Origin: Octopus sinensis | Lineage: Eukaryota | Direction of reading: 5' to 3' | Length of the DNA: 64,000 nucleotides | Assembly (NCBI RefSeq): GCF_006345805.1 | Contig: NC_043005.1 | Location: 67,952,001 to 68,016,000, forward strand | Part shown: piece by piece, positions 34,136-46,004 of the stretch | Position numbering within the stretch: the first letter of the stretch is position 1 | Layout: every line of letters begins with the position of its first letter | Notes under the pieces: model-generated | What the model saw: the letters and a program-made list of their open reading frames with translations, nothing else | What the model was told of the DNA's origin: nothing | The model's database searches: none | Program-made: the position numbers and the translations under genes

Positions 34136-34495
34136 GGATCTTTACCTTGTGACCGACAGATTTAGAAAATAATTTTTTGTAACTAAACACTTTCAAACTT
34201 CGGACACTGGTAGAATGTGTCATATAAAACATCTTTTACTCTTAGCACTTTTGAGAAAAACTTATATTTACGAAGTTATTTCACGTTAAAGTTCTCGTAT
34301 TTCGGTAATTTCAACCAATCAATGACGTGTATTCAGCTGAATAAAATTACTGCCGTTGTTTGCCAACAACAACTATCGGCGGTGTATTTTTCGTTTGTCA
34401 CTGTTATTTATGACATCGTTCGTGCGTTTGTACTGGTTTTAAGGTTTTAGGTTTAGGGTTTTAGGGTTAGGGTTTTAGGGCTAGGGTTGTCATAA
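34136..34495. mobile_element. Truncated M1-related MITE (same subtype as 9371) with (TTTAGGG/TTAGGG)n
   Basis: GGATCTTTACCTTGTGACCGACAG start; interrupted by the Penelope-like fragment at ~34495. Confidence 0.75.
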
Positions 34496-34667
34496 AAACA
34501 CAACGCGAGGACGTGACACAAGTATAGTGTTATAGGACGCTCAGGAAAGGAAAGAAAGAAGGAGGATTTAACGTTTCGAGCGGAGCTCTTCGTCAAAAAC
34601 AGAAAGCGCCAAGGAAAGAAAGACGGAGAAAGAAAATCGCCAACGATACACACGCGTCACATATTGA

Positions 34668-34692
<25 letters not shown>

Positions 34693-34715
<23 letters not shown>

Positions 34716-34859
34716 TCTCTTATTCTTTTACTTGTTTCAATCATTTGACTGTGGCCATGCTGGAGCACCACGTTTAGTCGAATCGCCCCCAGAACTTATT
34801 CTTTGTAAGCCTGGTACTTATTCTGGATTTGGTAGACAGAAACTGAAAGAAGCCCTTCG

Positions 34860-34928
<69 letters not shown>

Positions 34929-35128
34929 TGTGTTTGTCCCCCCAACATCGCTTAACATCTGATGCTGGTGTGTTTACGTTCCCGTAACTTAGCAGTTCGG
35001 CAAAAAGAGACCGATAGAATAAGTGCTAGGCTTACAAAGAAAAAGTCCTGGGGTCGATTTGCTCGACTATATGCATAGTGCTCCAGCATGGCTGCAATCA
35101 AATGACTGAAACAAATAAAAGAATAAGG
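34693..35128. mobile_element. Head-to-head composite of two 5'-truncated SINE B copies
   Basis: An inverted SINE B tail (~34693-34823) is fused to a + strand SINE B body and tail. Confidence 0.8.
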
Positions 35129-35518
35129 GTCCGGGAACAGTTGGTGCACTTGCAATCCCTAAAATTTTCGAGGGGTGCAAAATAAAAATTTGCACCTCCT
35201 ACATACTTTGCCTAGTTTAGAAGATAGTGTCTGAAAATTGATCTGTAAAAAAAATTGCTTGAAGTTAGGTTTCCCGACAGTTATCAGGGATTCCACGTTT
35301 TTAAAAAGTAATGTCGAAGAACCACTGATCTAGCGATTAACTAAATGTTTTTAGGCTTACCCAAGCCATGCCTCAGTACGAATTCAGATAGTGGTGTTTG
35401 CCAGTGTTCGCCAACAGTGCTGTGTGTGAATCCCGTTTCTCACTATGTGTATGATGCATGTGTTTATTGTGCTTGAAGATGTATGCAGGCTTGCAGAATA
35501 TCCTGTGCATACATATTA

Positions 35519-36084
35519 TTGGGTTGTCCGGAAAGTTCGTGCCGATTTTTAAAGGAAAGAAAAGGGTCAATAAATACTTACCATTACATTTTTAATCAAC
35601 CAAATATGAACCATTTTGTTGCACAATGCGTCCCCATCTTTCCTTTAACTTGAAAATACCCTCTTCTCAGAGTTGAGGTAGTTTCATGGCAAAGAAATCA
35701 TCAAGGTATCTTTTTACGTCATCCAAGGAATTGAAATTTTTACCATTAAGAATATTCTGCAGAGACCTGAATAAGTGGAAATCCGAAGGAGCAATATCTG
35801 GTAAATATGGAGGGTGGGGTAACACATCCCAGCCAAGCTGCAGCAATTTTTTTCTAGTTCCCAAAGCATCAAGCGCCAAAAATGAACTTTCTTATTTTCC
35901 ATTTTAAAAGGTTACAGAATTAACACAGGTTATAGGAACATAAACCTTCTTCCGCGAAAAGATAGCTTAAACTGTGCTCTAAATGGAGGTGTAGTCAAAT
36001 CCTATTTTATGGACTCAACCATGTTCTAAAATAAGTCGAAAGGTAAGCTACTATAAATCGGCACGAACTTTCCGGACAACCCAA
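35519..36084 (-). mobile_element. Non-autonomous mariner deletion derivative (566 bp)
   Basis: TA-flanked TIR TTGGGTTGTCCGGAAAGTTCGTGCCGATTT; internal LGWDVLPHPPYLPDIAPSDFHLFRSLQN (YSPDLAPSDY motif). Confidence 0.92.
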
Positions 36085-36321
36085 TAGTAATAGTGACTTA
36101 GCATACATCAACAGATGTGTAGTGCTCTTAAAATGGTGTTTTACTATAAGCACCTAGCATTCCATTATAAGCACCAAGCATTTCACTATTTACTCACTCA
36201 TGAATATGTACTACATACAGAGGCGTTCTAAAGTTAGTCGGAGCGAGCACGTAGAAAAAGGTGCCGTGACACATACTAATCTTAAACTTATTTCTCTTTA
36301 CGCAAAGTATTACGCAAAATA

Positions 36322-36737
36322 TTTCGTTACTCTCTCTTTTTACTCTTTTACTTGTTTCAGTCATTTGACTGTGGCCATGCTGGAGCACCGCCTTTAGTCG
36401 AGCAAATCGACCCCAGGACTTATTCTTTGTAAGCCTAGTACTTATTCTATCGGTCTCTTTTGCCGAACCACTAAGTTACGGGGTACGTAAACACACCAGC
36501 ATCGGTTGTCAAACGATTTTGGGGGGACAAACACAGACACACACACATATACACACATACATATATATATGTACATATATACGACGGGCTTCTTTCAGTT
36601 TCCGTCTGCCAAATCCACTCACAAGGCTTTGGTCGGCCCGAGGCTATAGTAGAATACATTTACCCAAGGTGCCACGCAGTGGGACTGAACCTGGAACCAT
36701 ATGGTTGGTAAGCAAGCTACTTACCACACAGCCACTA
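36322..36737 (-). mobile_element. SINE family B
   Basis: Reverse complement of the 15397 copy. Confidence 0.9.
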
Positions 36738-38078
36738 TAATATAAATATAAACTGTATTAACATTCATTAATTTCATGTTTCAGGTAACTAAAAGAGTTT
36801 TTTTTTTAAATGTTTAAAAGACTCCAATTTTGAAAAATGTGCTCCCAGGTGGGGTGGGGGGGCGGGTCGGTCGCACCCCTTGCTCCTCAGTTAACTACGA
36901 CACTGATTACCCATCAAAACTAAAGCAGAACGATGTTTGTTTGTCGTCAACTCGGTGATTATGAACTTTTCTGGGTTTATTTGTAACATTTATCTTTTCA
37001 CTGAGTATTATTTTCTCGGTGTGGAAAACAACGCCCGTCATCGTATGTATTATTCATAATGATCGGTATAGTTCGTTACAGCAAAATTGATTTATCGATC
37101 AGTAGAGAATGTAAATACAATAATTACTAGACATTCTCTTCCAGTTTTGTTTATCATGTTCTGAATTTATAATCCTGTACAAGCTTACCGTTTATTTCAA
37201 AGTACATGTATATGATCATGTCAGATGATAGTCGTCTCATTAACAAGGCAGCTATATAAGACAGGCTGTCAAAAACAAAGCCTCATATCGTATGTATATG
37301 TAATCATACACATACACCTACACGAGTACGCACCCCTCCTCTATATGTGAGTTTCTGCGTGTTTGCTTGTGTGTAAAGTAGTCACAAAAACAAACAATTC
37401 TCTTAAATCATTAATTTTAAAGTCGTACTCTCGTGATTAATAATCACTCTGTATAAGCAATAATTACGAAAACAAATCACAGATAAATGGTGAAATTAGG
37501 GACTTAGTAGAGTATCATATGTGGTGACAGGAAGGTCAGTGTTAGACATAACTAGAACCTATATAAATGAAATAACCTGTAGTAAGGGTGAACTATTTCA
37601 GAGTTATTTGCAGGAACAGAATGAAGAGAAACCAACTACGTGCTCCACTAAAACGCGGTACAAACACAACTTATCACTAAATACTGTTTGAAATGAGTTT
37701 CGGGCGGTATCCTTACAACCCGACACTAGGATAAGTTACTGAATCGGTTTACAAACAGAAAGCCAAAAACAAGTTACATAACAATATAAAAAGGCTAAGA
37801 TATAAAACGATAAATCTATGAACGTACAGGGTATATATAAAGACTATATCATTCCACCAGAGATAATACAATAATTCAATGAACATAATATAATATAAAT
37901 TTTGTATAAGATTGATACATACTAGTTTAATCTCCAAATGTACAACGCAAATCAAAATAGACTGGCTAGCACAAAGATAGATACAGCAACATCAATACAT
38001 ACAATATACTAACATGTAAGAGTAGAATATAGAACATAACTATAAATGAAATAAAAATTAATCAAAAGTATTTTTCAT

Positions 38079-38490
38079 AGGTGCAGGCGTTGCTGAGTGG
38101 TAAGAAACTTGCTTTCCATTCACATGGTTCCAGGTTCAGTCCTGCTGTGTGGCACCTTGGGCAAGTTCTACTCTAGCTCCGGGCTGACCAAGGCCTTGTG
38201 AGTAGATTTGGTAGACGGAAACTGAAAGAAGACTGTCAGGTGCATATATACACATATGTATCTATACGTGTGAGTGTGTGTGTGTGTGTGTGTCTGTCCC
38301 CCTCATCACCGCTTGACAACTGGTGTTGGTGTATTTACATCCACGTAATATAGCGGTTCGGCAAAAAGAGACCGATACAATAAGAACTAGGTTTTAAAAA
38401 TTAAATCCTGGGATCAATTCGTTCGACTAAAGCCCTTCAAGATGGTGCCCTTGCATGTCCGCAGTTAAATGATTGAAACAAGTGAAAGAT
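38079..38490 (+). mobile_element. SINE family B (older, diverged)
   Basis: Same modules as the 15397 copy with more substitutions. Confidence 0.85.
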
Positions 38491-38925
38491 AAAAAACATT
38501 GGTACCTACAGCCATCTCAGTACACCCCAACTCACTTTTAACGACTGAAAGTTGAGTTGATAGATAAAGCTGGTTTGAGTAAGGCTGCGTGTATAGATGA
38601 AGGAAGAACGAGGAAACCCGGATTAAGCGCGACGATTTATTCAATCCGTTAAAGAGCATTAACACGGCAAAGCTGTTGAGAGACATCTTGAGGGAACAGT
38701 CAGAATATATACACAAAGGTTTAACATGCAGATTGTATATAATGATGATATATGCTGGACAGAACAAGAAAAAATATATACGAGATATAACTTCTGCTGG
38801 CGGACAGGAACAACGTACGCGTCCAAGGGGTGGCTGAGGCTGCCTGCGGAATAAACGTGCTCTCTGCCAAAGATCCGAACTCCACCGCACAACTCGCCTC
38901 ACCGAGGAAATAGCGGGAAAGGCTT

Positions 38926-39017
38926 CCTTATATAGCTGGGGGTGGCGCGCTTGGCTGGTCTGTCACGTGATGGGGTGGATAGCCCACGTAAAGCTAGAAG
39001 GGCTGGACCATCACGTG
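38926..39017 (-). promoter_or_regulatory. Candidate Pol II core promoter: TATA box plus paired TCACGTGA E-boxes
   Basis: CTATATAAGG on the - strand at 38926-38935; CACGTG at 38964-38969 and 39012-39017; CpG-rich non-repeat context. Confidence 0.4.
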
Positions 39018-39318
39018 ATAAGCCAAAATGTGGGTACTTAAAGGTCAAGAGACTAACTGTAAACATGGTTCTGCTACACACTCGACAGAAATATTAAAAT
39101 GTAATACGAAAAGAAAACTGCGTTTACGTACATGCATTTACACACACACACACACACACAGATGTCCACTCTGAAACTGACACACCGCCACTATTAGCAC
39201 TGCGCACATCATGCAAGAACACAAAAACGCATACAGACACAAGCATACACATACATACATTTACCACCATTACATAAACACCAAACAATAAACAAATGTA
39301 TGCAGTAAACTCATAAGA

Positions 39319-39511
39319 ATGCTTAACGGTAATTCGTCTGCCGTTACGTTCTGAGTTCAAATATCGCCGAGGTCGACTTTGCCTTTCATCCTTTCGGGGT
39401 CTATTAAATAAGTACCAGTTACGCACTGGACTCGATATAATCGACTTAATCCCTTTGTCTGTCCTAGTTTGTCCCTTCTATGTTTAGCCCCTTGTGGGCA
39501 ATAAAGAAATA
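39319..39511 (+). mobile_element. SINE family A, 5'-truncated
   Basis: Matches the 3' part of 2461-2692. Confidence 0.85.
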
Positions 39512-40340
39512 AGAAGCTTTGATTTCTTTTCTTCCTTTTCCATTCTTTTTTAAGTCTTGCTTTCTCTTTTTTCAATGCCGCTCTGTGGAATACTGGAATA
39601 AAGAGATAGAAAATGAGAATTACATAGAGAGAGACTTTTCTGACACCTCTCGGCGGACGCATAGCTCGCCACTGTAATTCGGAAAGGATCGATGGGCCAC
39701 GCTTTCGCGGTCCGTATTCGTACTGAAAATCGAGAGAGAGAGAGAGAGAGAAGCATAAATGGTGAGTGAGAGAGAGAGAGAGAGAGACAACGAGAGATTG
39801 TGGGGGTAGAAAGGGTGTGAAAAAGATGGCGTCAATTTATTTACATTTTCAGTGATATGAACCATGACAACAGTTTAAAGCAGCCATTGTAATATTTTAG
39901 TGTACTGGAAATAGAAGGCAAATCATAATTTAATTGCACTCTACTTTCTATGTTTGCAAAGGTCAGCGGGAGAACATTTAAATATGATTTCGACTTGTTA
40001 AAAATGGCGACCAAGTCTCCCGCAAACCACAGTGTACAAATTTTTGACTATATATATGTAATATATGTATTAGCGAAAGAGAGAACTTCGACACATTACG
40101 AAGTTCAGATTGAAAAAAAAAAACACTATTAGATCTTCCTCAAATAACAACTTAATATATTGTGTGTTTATAACGTGAATGTGCGAGCCAATGAAATCTT
40201 TACTTTCCAGTCGGATCTGGTATATGACGCAGCCAAATCTTTTTCAGACGACACCCTACTATCACATGAGTAGATGTTTGAGCCATCGAGGAAGGCCTCT
40301 CATGTGGTCTTTTTATCTGTGAGAAATAGCAGCCATATAT

Positions 40341-40460
40341 CAATAACCATGTTTTTTTTCATGTATGTATGTATGTATGTATGTATGTATGTATGTATGT
40401 ATGTATGTATGTATGTATGTATGTATGTATGTGTGTATGTATGTATGTATGTATGTATGT
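40341..40460. repeat. (ATGT)n microsatellite
   Basis: Directly visible. Confidence 0.95.
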
Positions 40461-40664
40461 CATTATTCAGTTTTATTTCAAGAATTCTTGCTAATAGAGA
40501 AAGAGCCTGTTTCTTATCTAGATCCAAAGGCTCCTTCATTGGAATTTCAACATCAACTGGGCATTTGTACACGTTTGGGTGTATATGTGCAGTACTTGGA
40601 GTCAGTGCACGAACAGGTTTGTATGTTTTGTTTTATGTATGTATTCTCATGCAACTATATGCAT

Positions 40665-41080
40665 AATCTTTTCTACTCTAGGCACAAGACCCGAAATTTT
40701 TTTGGCAGGGGAGTGGGGTGGGGGGGGGGCAGTCGATCAGATCGACCCCAGTATGCAACTGGTACTTAATTTATTAACCCCGAAAGGATGACAGGCAAAG
40801 TCGACCTCGGCGGAATTTAAACTCAGAACGTTAAGATACACGAAATACCTATTTCTTTACTACCCACAAGGAGCTAAACACAGATGGGACAAACAAGGAC
40901 AGACAAACGGATTAAGTCGATTATATCGACGCCAGTGCGTAACTGGTACTTATTTAATCGACCCCGAAAGGATGAAAGGCAAAGTCGACCTTAGCGGAAT
41001 TTGAACTCAGAACGTAACGGCTGACGAAATAACGCTAAGAATTTTGCCGGGCGTGCTAACGTTTCTGCCAACTCGCCACC
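40665..41080 (-). mobile_element. Dimeric SINE family A (second monomer with the alternative ...CCTAGAGTAGAAAAGATT tail)
   Basis: Same architecture as 56662-57056. Confidence 0.85.
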
Positions 41081-41176
41081 TCAGAATACATAGATTGTGA
41101 TAAACTTCTGGAAAGTTTTACAAATATGTATAGTCTCAGTGGTGGCTTGCATCTGTAGGCTTCGAACCAGCTTTCT

Positions 41177-41211
<35 letters not shown>

Positions 41212-41739
41212 GTGTGTGTGTGTGTGTTTGGGTATGTGTGCTCCATCGACCATCCTGGGTATAGCTTTTACCTGCATCCGGTAGTAGGACTCTGTTTCAG
41301 GAGACACAGGGTTTTGAGGAGTGTGAACCCACTTCTTAGTCACTATTGTTCCCAGGTATCTCAGCTGGAATAGTAACACCTGTCAGTGTCCCAAGTATAG
41401 GTTAGCTAGCATATATAATGGCAGTCCATCTGAGCGCGGGGACGCAGAAGTAACTCTGATTTTTGTCAAGGCGCGCAGTAAAACCACAGGCAACGAGGGA
41501 CCCCTAGTTGCTGTCACAGCATCCTCCTCGGAGAGGAACACTGATGTGAAAGCCTGCGTTACTGGTCATCTCGCTTCGTCCTGTCACTATATACTAATCA
41601 CGGAGACTCAGAGAATGGTGCTCGTATTGTACAAGTATTTATCACTATAATCCAGTGACATACAGATGTTCTTTTTGTGGTGACCTCATTTGTCATTTCA
41701 TCTTCTGAGAATCCTATGGTGTTGAAAGAGTGATGACGT

Positions 41740-42065
41740 GTGCAGACCTAACCTCGCACAGTAATCCACTACTTTCGTCTCTCGCCTATGCTTCAGCTCA
41801 TGCAGATCTGCTTGCAGGAGTGAATAGTCACTTGAGAGGTCATGGGTAGAAAGTTTGAAATGCTATTGACAACGAGAAAGTTCAGAGAAGGCTATCATTT
41901 GCGCAGATGGAGCCACCGCTATGTACGTATGTATGTATGTATGTATGTATGTATGTATGTATGTATGTATGTATGTATGTATGTATGTATGTATGTATGT
42001 ATGCATGTGTGTGTGTATGTATGTATGTATGTATGTATGGATGGATGGATGGATGGATGGATGGA
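41740..42065 (+). mobile_element. RTE-type LINE 3' end with (ATGT)n/(ATGG)n tail
   Basis: Frameshifted CRS..AGVNSHLRGHG* C2H2-like terminus, then GGAGCCACCGCT(ATGT)n. Confidence 0.5.
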
Positions 42066-43006
42066 ACGAGATAATTAGGATGATTTTAGCTATTTTGGGG
42101 GTTGCTCTTTCTAAATGTGGAGTCAGTTTTACTCTGTCACAGCTACATTTTGACCTACAAGATACCCCCTTTATACCAAATTTACAGAAATATAATGTAG
42201 AATGCAGTACATCAAGTGTTCATATTTGTCCTTTAAGAATGCCTTTGATTGTTCATATTGTGACAACCTTTTATCCTTTTATGAGAGAGTTGTAAAAGAA
42301 GATTCAACATATAACGATCATGTAAACGATAATATGCACCGAATAAATGAGAAAATATATTAATTGATTGTTGAGATGGTTCTTTATATCATTGTGGTTA
42401 TAAACTAAATTACAACTACTTCGAGTTGTTGTGGTACACACATTATTTTTAGTTCTATAGTCCATTCTGTAGGTCGTTAGTTTCATCTGCGAGTAACTAC
42501 TAGAGAGAGAAACGGTAACGAAGTTTAGTCAAGTAGAACGAATAAGAAGTATATTGTCGCACGATAAAACGCCATACTTGAAGTGAGAAAGGTACACTTT
42601 GATCAGGGGCCTGGCTACCAAAGGGAAGGAAGTGATTTTTGCTTGCGTATTTATATTCTTACTAACCAAACTAGTCCAGGCTAAACAAAGAATTTCCCCT
42701 CTGTATTGGGTTTGACCTGCGTATGACCCGAAAAAGGCTTTAGGTCTGTTTATTCGAATAACTTTCCTAGTGCAACAAATGAGAGCAACAAGCATAGGAC
42801 TTGTCGGAAAATGAGGATTCGGTTTCAAATCCCGGTTTAGAAATTTGGTAACTATTCGTTACATTCAAATTAGATCATGTCTATTTTTTAGAATACTTTG
42901 ATTTAATGCGTGTTTCGGATGTTAGCGCGACCTGTAACAATTTGGTAATTGTTCTGTTCACCGTGGACTGCAGTTGTTTATTTCACTTCACTTTGCTCCA
43001 ATTTGC

Positions 43007-45580
43007 ATGGCCTCGAGACGTGTTTGTCACAGAGTCAGAGCACTTTTGCTACATCTCTGGGAAATATGTTTTCAAGGACTGTAGGAGAAACATCTTGCTT
43101 CTCAAACAAGCAAGATACAAAAAATACTTCAAAATGAAACTTGGAGGTCAAGATAAATGTTTTGTACCATAAATTGTATGTAAAGATTGCAGTGATCAAC
43201 TTTCCTTGTGGTCAAGTGGCAAGTTGAAACAAATGTCATTTGCCGTTCTAATGGTATGGCGAGAACAAAGGGACCATTCTACTGATTGTTACATTTGCAA
43301 TAAGAAAACTGCAAAGTATATCAAATATCCTAATTTGTCATCTGCCATAAGGCCACAATCATATGAAAATGAAATTATTCCTGTGCCAAGCAATCAACCA
43401 CTGAGTGAATCAGATGACGATTCCAGTGATGAAACTGGACGTGAGGACCAAATGCATGACAAGGATTTTGAAATTCCTCATCCATGCCCCAAAAGTAAGT
43501 TAAGAACAACTGAATAATTTTGCTCGAAAATTGAGAACAATGCTCAGGGTGTCTTAGCTGAAGGAACCAAAACAGCAGCGTACAGGCAAGGAGAGAAAAT
43601 TTATTTTGATTTTTTCGGCGCACATAATGAAATGGGTTTGGTTTATTGCAAAAATGTCGTGGTTTGATGATAGCGTTGGAAATTTCCCCTGATGTCAAGA
43701 CAGATTGGTGGTTTTTCATTGATGGTAGTATTTCCAGCTTAAAGGCAGGACACTTCTTTTGCATATAGGAATGTGTACTAAGAAATTCTAGTGGGCTACT
43801 CGAGGAAGGCAAAAAAAACCATACGACACTATCAATATCATTTTCTTTGATCAGGAATGATGATTTTAAGTGGAAAGCTGGAGGTGACTTGAAAATCATA
43901 GGCTTTTTAACTGAAATGCTAACAGGTTACATGAAGATTTGTTGCTTCTTGTACATGTGGAACAGCTGAGCTGAAAATGAGTACTACAGTTGGCAAGATT
44001 AGCCAGCACGTCATGAATGGAGCCCAGAGAATGAGAGCGTTCAATACATACCACTAGTTTCACCTGAGCTAATTGTGTCTCCATCACTACATATTAAACT
44101 TGGGATCTCCAAAAATTTTGTAAAGTTATTGGACCCTGAGGGGCAACCAATTAAGTTGCTGAAAGATATCTTTTCTCGATTAAGCGAAGCAAAGATTAAA
44201 GAAAGTATGTTCGTTGGACCAGATACTCGCAAATTGATGACGAATAAGCGATTCATTGAATGTCGGAACATCTGTAACGGGAACTAATATAGCTTCACTG
44301 CACTTTTAAGGTGCAGTTGGTGCATACAAATTACCGTTGCTTTAATATCCAGATTCTACCAGTCAGAAACAACAAGACGCAAACGTAAAAAATATATATC
44401 TACTTTATTCTCTTATGACGGTAACAAATAAGTGGTATATCTGGTCCCACTTGGTTCTGGGCGTGCAAGGCTGAACTTTAACGCTTGTAGATTTTACAGA
44501 GTTCAGCCGCTAAAACAGAACTGTGGTCAAAATGGCGTCAGGAGAGAGAAGATGATGTGGTCTGCAACAAATCCTGGTTAAAAGTCTTCTGCCGACTGCT
44601 GTTATATCAAATCCGGACAGAGAGAGAATTACACGTCTAGTGCCTTCAGTCGCCGTGTCTCAAGTCAGCCCACTGCTGCTATGTCTCTCCGGACCCTTTT
44701 AAGGTTCACGCTCCCTTGCCTCGGCTAACTGCCACGTCAGCAAAATTCCCTCTTCCGGACTTCGCGTATGCGCGAGAGGGCGCTGCGCGCGCGCGCTGCC
44801 GGACAGAGTCACTACACATCTGATTCTGAACATTGAAGTTGAACGATGAGCTTATGATGCTGTATTGTTTTGCTAACAACTTGCACATGCAAGTGCTACC
44901 AGTTGAAAGCTTCGCATACCGGAAGCTAGCAAGTGTATGGGGTCATCAGGAGAGAATGCGCGCCGTTTCGGGACCTACTTCTCGACGGTATCATTGAGCA
45001 CCGGCCCCATTCATATCAGTGAGTGGGGCCGGTGCACAATGATAACCTATTTCTCTACTACCCACAAGGGGCTAAACACAGAGGGGACAAACAAGGACAG
45101 ACAAACAGATTAAGTCGATTACAACGACTCCAATGCGTAACTGGTACTTAATTCATCGACCCCGAAAGGGTGAAAGGTAAAGTCGACTTCGGCGGAATTT
45201 GAACTCAGAACGTAATGCCAGACAAAATACGGCTACGCATTTCGCCCGGCGTGCTAACATTTCTGCCAGCACGCCGCCAGAAATGATAACCGAAAATTGC
45301 GCAATAATAACCGAAAACATCCTAAAGAAGTACCAGATCCCAAATTACAAGGCAATCATAGCTGACCTTCTGGAGTCATTCAACGCACAGGATGTCAAAA
45401 TGTTCTTGAAGATTCACTTTTTAAAGAGACGGTTATCTTTTCCTTGATCACTGATGGGGCAGAGTGAAAGATTTCACCAAGTGATCATGACTGTTGAAAC
45501 AAGGTACCAAGGTGGAGCCAATTCCCGCATGATGGAAATCTTTTGCTGGCTTCACTTTTCTGGAACTCTATGCTACTGAG
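43007..45580 (+). mobile_element. Fossil Chapaev3-like (CACTA/Mirage/Chapaev group) transposase, interrupted at ~44260-45278
   Basis: Broken frames give MASR..HFCYISG..YFKMKLGGQDK..P..CKDC..W..G..MSFAVLMVWREQRDHSTDCY..KYPNLSSAIRP, then SLHIKLGISKNFVK, LSEAKIKESMFVGPDTRKL, MFLKIHFL, ERFHQ..VETRYQG..CW. The family match is from recall. Confidence 0.75.
45048..45278 (-). mobile_element. SINE family A
   Basis: Reverse complement of the family consensus. Confidence 0.88.
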
Positions 45581-45781
45581 CTTGACAGTGAAATCGATGT
45601 TGCAACATTTTTCAAAATTTTTTTTTAGTGCATATTGTTATTTTAGCAGTGATTAATTGCAGTTTAGTACATTAATAAATTACATGCAATGTTTGCAAAA
45701 TTAGATACTTGTATTCTTAATGTGCACCCTAAAATTAAGCATCACCTAAAGTAGTCTGCTAAAAGGTCAGCGTCATGCAGT

Positions 45782-45950
45782 GTTATTACTCTTCACTCTT
45801 TTACTTGTTTCAGTCATTTGCTGGAGCACCACCTTTAGTCGAGCGAATCGACCACAGGATTTACTCTATCGGTATCTTTTGCCGAACCGCTAAGTTATGG
45901 GGACGTAAACACACCAGCATCGGTTTTCAAGCGGTTGGGGGGAGACAAAC
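45782..45950 (-). mobile_element. SINE family B 3' part
   Basis: TACTCTTTTACTTGTTTCAGTCATTTG...GCCGAACCGCTAAGTTATGGGGACGTAAAC. Confidence 0.8.
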
Positions 45951-46004
45951 ACATACATGCATGCACACATGCATGCATGCACGCACGCATGCACGCATGC
46001 ACAC

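Noticed and set aside
38465-38902. 145-aa ORF as a protein-coding gene
   Set aside because: It starts at a non-ATG codon, has no domain similarity and runs into a SINE; treated only as a possible non-coding first exon.
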